A model generated the notes under the pieces. It had not been told where the DNA came from. It did not search any database and was given only the letters and a program-made list of their open reading frames with translations. DNA of 62,643 nt, the filler included, from Globobulimina sp. (Eukaryota), in NCBI GenBank assembly GCA_003354225.1. It is 17 parts of 17 records of this genome, joined end to end, with 100 filler letters (N's around TTAATTAATTAA, not from the genome) between each part and the next. Parts side by side here need not be neighbours in the genome. Positions count along the whole stretch, not along the records: positions 59,057 to 62,643 come from PIVH01002457.1; 16 more parts are not named here. The stretch is one strand, 5' to 3'. Position numbers and translations under genes: made by a program. Of this stretch, positions 60,134 to 62,643 are shown piece by piece. Within the stretch, counting starts at the first letter, position 1, and each line of letters starts with the position of its first letter.

Positions 60134-61403
60134 ATGAAGTCGTTACGTCGCTTAATAAATAAACCAAAAAATCTAATTATTTTTTTATGTCGAAGGCGCT
60201 GTGGGCAATTAATGTCATATTGTTGTACTAAATCACGTTTACGATGGATTGAGGATATAATAATTGACATTTTAGATTTTGTAATAAATAAAGGAATGAG
60301 AGCATTAGGCCCTGTATTAGCATTGGCAGCAACCTGCTTAATATCATTAGTTATTTATCAATATTTCGAAGAGGTATTCCCTCATTTAACAACTATAAAA
60401 TATCCAAACTCTTCATTTACGCCGTATATAATAACATTGATTGGCATCTTTTTGGTAATAAACATATTATTTAATCACCAATCATGCGTTTGGACATCGC
60501 CTGGTTATGCACCATTGTCAATAGCATTATATCCAAAAGGAACGCAACAAATACCTTCAAAATATTACAAATACGATCCTGAATTAAAATCTTCGGATGT
60601 TGTCCGATATTGTAACCAATGCCAATGTTATAAATCATGGCGATCTCATCATTGCTCCATATGTAAAAGATGTGTATTAAAAATGGATCACCATTGGTAT
60701 TTTTCTTCTTTTTCTTTTTCTATTATAATGTTTAATATTTAATATTTACAGTCCATGGATGATGAATTGTGTCGGCTATGCAAACTATCGCTATTTTTAT
60801 ATGTTTTTATTTTATTTATGGTTTGGTACATTATTTTATGTATATGTTGGTTACGAAGCTTTATTTGAGTCATTTCGAGTTAAATCCTGTGCGTATCCGT
60901 GGTTACCATTTTTCTTTTGTCGGATTGCCAGATTAAAACATAAATTGATACCAAGTGATGGTGTGGATGAATTTGGCAATGTTTTGCAACAAAAGATTCC
61001 AATTAAACGGAATGAATTATTTGTTTTTACCTATTTTTTATGTATTGGAATATTTGTTGTTATGATTGCTTTTTTAGGATTTCATACTTATTTAATTATT
61101 ACAAATCAATCTACGTTAGAAACGATGACTAATTTTAGCAAAAGAGCAAGATCCTATCGCCGATTTCAACGATTAAGGAATGTAAAATATTTATATAAGT
61201 TAACAATTTTAGAAAATATTCAAGAAATTATGGGTGAAAAATGGTATTTAGCATTATTACCAATTTGGACCAAACCAAGAGGGAATGGATATATTTATCC
61301 ATTAAGAAAAGAAATTGAAAATGTACTGTTCACTTCAAAATCTGCTATGGAACAACACGACATTGACACTTGCCATAACAATACAAATATGTCGTTGCCA
61401 TAA
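60134..61403 (+). CDS. DHHC palmitoyltransferase; intron 60697-60751
   Basis: [40 protein letters not shown] motif. Confidence 0.95.
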
Positions 61404-61453
61404 GTTTTTTCTCACTTTCAAATGGTTTTTTGTTCAGTTTTAAACATCCTTAA

Positions 61454-61822
61454 ATGGCAGCTCCATCAACTTCTAACGCGATAAGTAATGATATTAATGA
61501 ATCAAAACAAGCACACTTAGCACAGCCAAAAAAAGCTGCAACAAAAAAGAAGAAACAAAAATTCGAAATATTAAAATGGAACGCTGTGGCGTTATGGGCG
61601 TGGGATATTGAGGTTGATAATTGTGCAATTTGTCGTAATCATATTATGGATCTATGCATTGAATGCCAAGCATCAGGTTCCGCGACGTCAGAAGATTGTA
61701 CTGTTGCATGGGGTATTTGTAATCACGCTTTTCACTTTCATTGCATTTCACGGTGGTTGAAAACAAGGCAGGTCTGTCCATTGGATAATCGTGAATGGGA
61801 ATTTCAAAAATATGGCAAATAA
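61454..61822 (+). CDS. RBX1: RING-box protein 1
   Basis: [33 protein letters not shown]...[22 protein letters not shown]. Confidence 0.98.
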   Translation: MAAPSTSNAISNDINESKQAHLAQPKKAATKKKKQKFEILKWNAVALWAWDIEVDNCAICRNHIMDLCIECQASGSATSEDCTVAWGICNHAFHFHCISRWLKTRQVCPLDNREWEFQKYGK

Positions 61823-61982
61823 TTAAAGTATCCTTGCACACATTCAATATCTCAATCTCATGATCAATAACATAAATTTAATTTAATTTAATTCTTTTTT
61901 TTTCATTTTTTCAATTGGACTGAGGCACTGAGCTGATTTAACAGAATTAATCGTAAATACAGTAAAGTCTCCTTGTGAAAGC

Positions 61983-62643
61983 ATGTCGTCATCACAACAG
62001 AAACCACATCACTCAGATTCGTTATCTTTAGCAACAAGGTACTCATTATTGCGGGGTAGGCATTTATCAATGGAAACATATTGGATCGAAAGACATTGCA
62101 ATGATAAAAAATATATACAGGAATTGGAAAATCGCAATTGTACATTGATGCAAATGTTACAAATTGCCCAAAATGAGATAAATAATCTTAAAAACCCCAA
62201 TCTCTGCGACAATGATGAAGAAAACGATGAAAATGAAAATGAAAAGAAAACGAACGATAAACATAGCCATGAGATTACACGCATTAAATCATTGGATTTA
62301 AACTTGGAATATAAAACTTTATTAAATGCAAAAACAAAGAAATCAGTTGAAAGAGAGAAGTTATTTTATGAGTTATTGCGAGAATGTTTATTTTTATCCG
62401 ATCCATATAATATCCGTCTTTTAGTGAAAAAATCAAAATCCATTGCAAATAACAACAATAATCAAACAAATTCATCATCATCGCTTTCATTACAAACATC
62501 AATTTCAAATATTGTAAAACTTCGGAAACAAAATGATTACGAATGTGATTGTTTTGCGATATATAAAAACAGTAATTACGTATACAACAATTGCAATAAT
62601 TACAGCAGCAGCATACGTTTAATATTAATGCGCAATTCATTAA
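61983..62643 (+). CDS. Hypothetical protein, open to the window end (absent from the ORF track)
   Basis: Manual translation MSSSQQKPHHSDSLSLATRY... runs about 220 codons without a stop. Confidence 0.6.
   Translation, partial: MSSSQQKPHHSDSLSLATRYSLLRGRHLSMETYWIERHCNDKKYIQELENRNCTLMQMLQIAQNEINNLKNPNLCDNDEENDENENEKKTNDKHSHEITRIKSLDLNLEYKTLLNAKTKKSVEREKLFYELLRECLFLSDPYNIRLLVKKSKSIANNNNNQTNSSSSLSLQTSISNIVKLRKQNDYECDCFAIYKNSNYVYNNCNNYSSSIRLILMRNSL

Noticed and set aside
61903-62640. Minus-strand ORFs of 80-118 aa
   Set aside because: Shadows of the longer plus-strand frame that starts at 61983

Overview
This window is not one locus. It is 17 unrelated contigs of near-identical, decreasing length (3595 to 3587 bp), joined by 100-nt artificial spacers (N44-TTAATTAATTAA-N44). 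Contigs: 1-3595, 3696-7290, 7391-10984, 11085-14678, 14779-18371, 18472-22063, 22164-25755, 25856-29445, 29546-33135, 33236-36825, 36926-40514, 40615-44203, 44304-47892, 47993-51581, 51682-55269, 55370-58956, 59057-62643. Neighbourhood across spacers has no meaning. Most contigs are gene-dense, AT-rich eukaryotic DNA with short GT-AG introns; the gene style suggests a protist, plausibly a foraminiferan/rhizarian (inference only). Recognisable genes: HELQ/POLQ-type helicase, PP2A-A scaffold, calmodulin-like protein, P2X receptor, GPS-7TM protein, P450, amidohydrolase, ABCA N-terminus, CDF transporter, P5C reductase, DHHC palmitoyltransferase, RBX1, and an APE-RT non-LTR retrotransposon. The most striking item is a Polinton/Maverick-type protein-primed family B DNA polymerase that splices into one intact frame across 11 introns of 45-53 nt. 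Also notable: a stand-alone Dicer/RIG-I-type helicase plus dsRBD; a Trl1-like kinase-cyclic phosphodiesterase with no recognisable ligase motif; a SPRY gene bracketed by a duplicated ABCA 5' end; and two contig ends where apparently bacterial or viral DNA joins eukaryotic genes (chimera or transfer). All calls come from manual motif reading; no searches were run.
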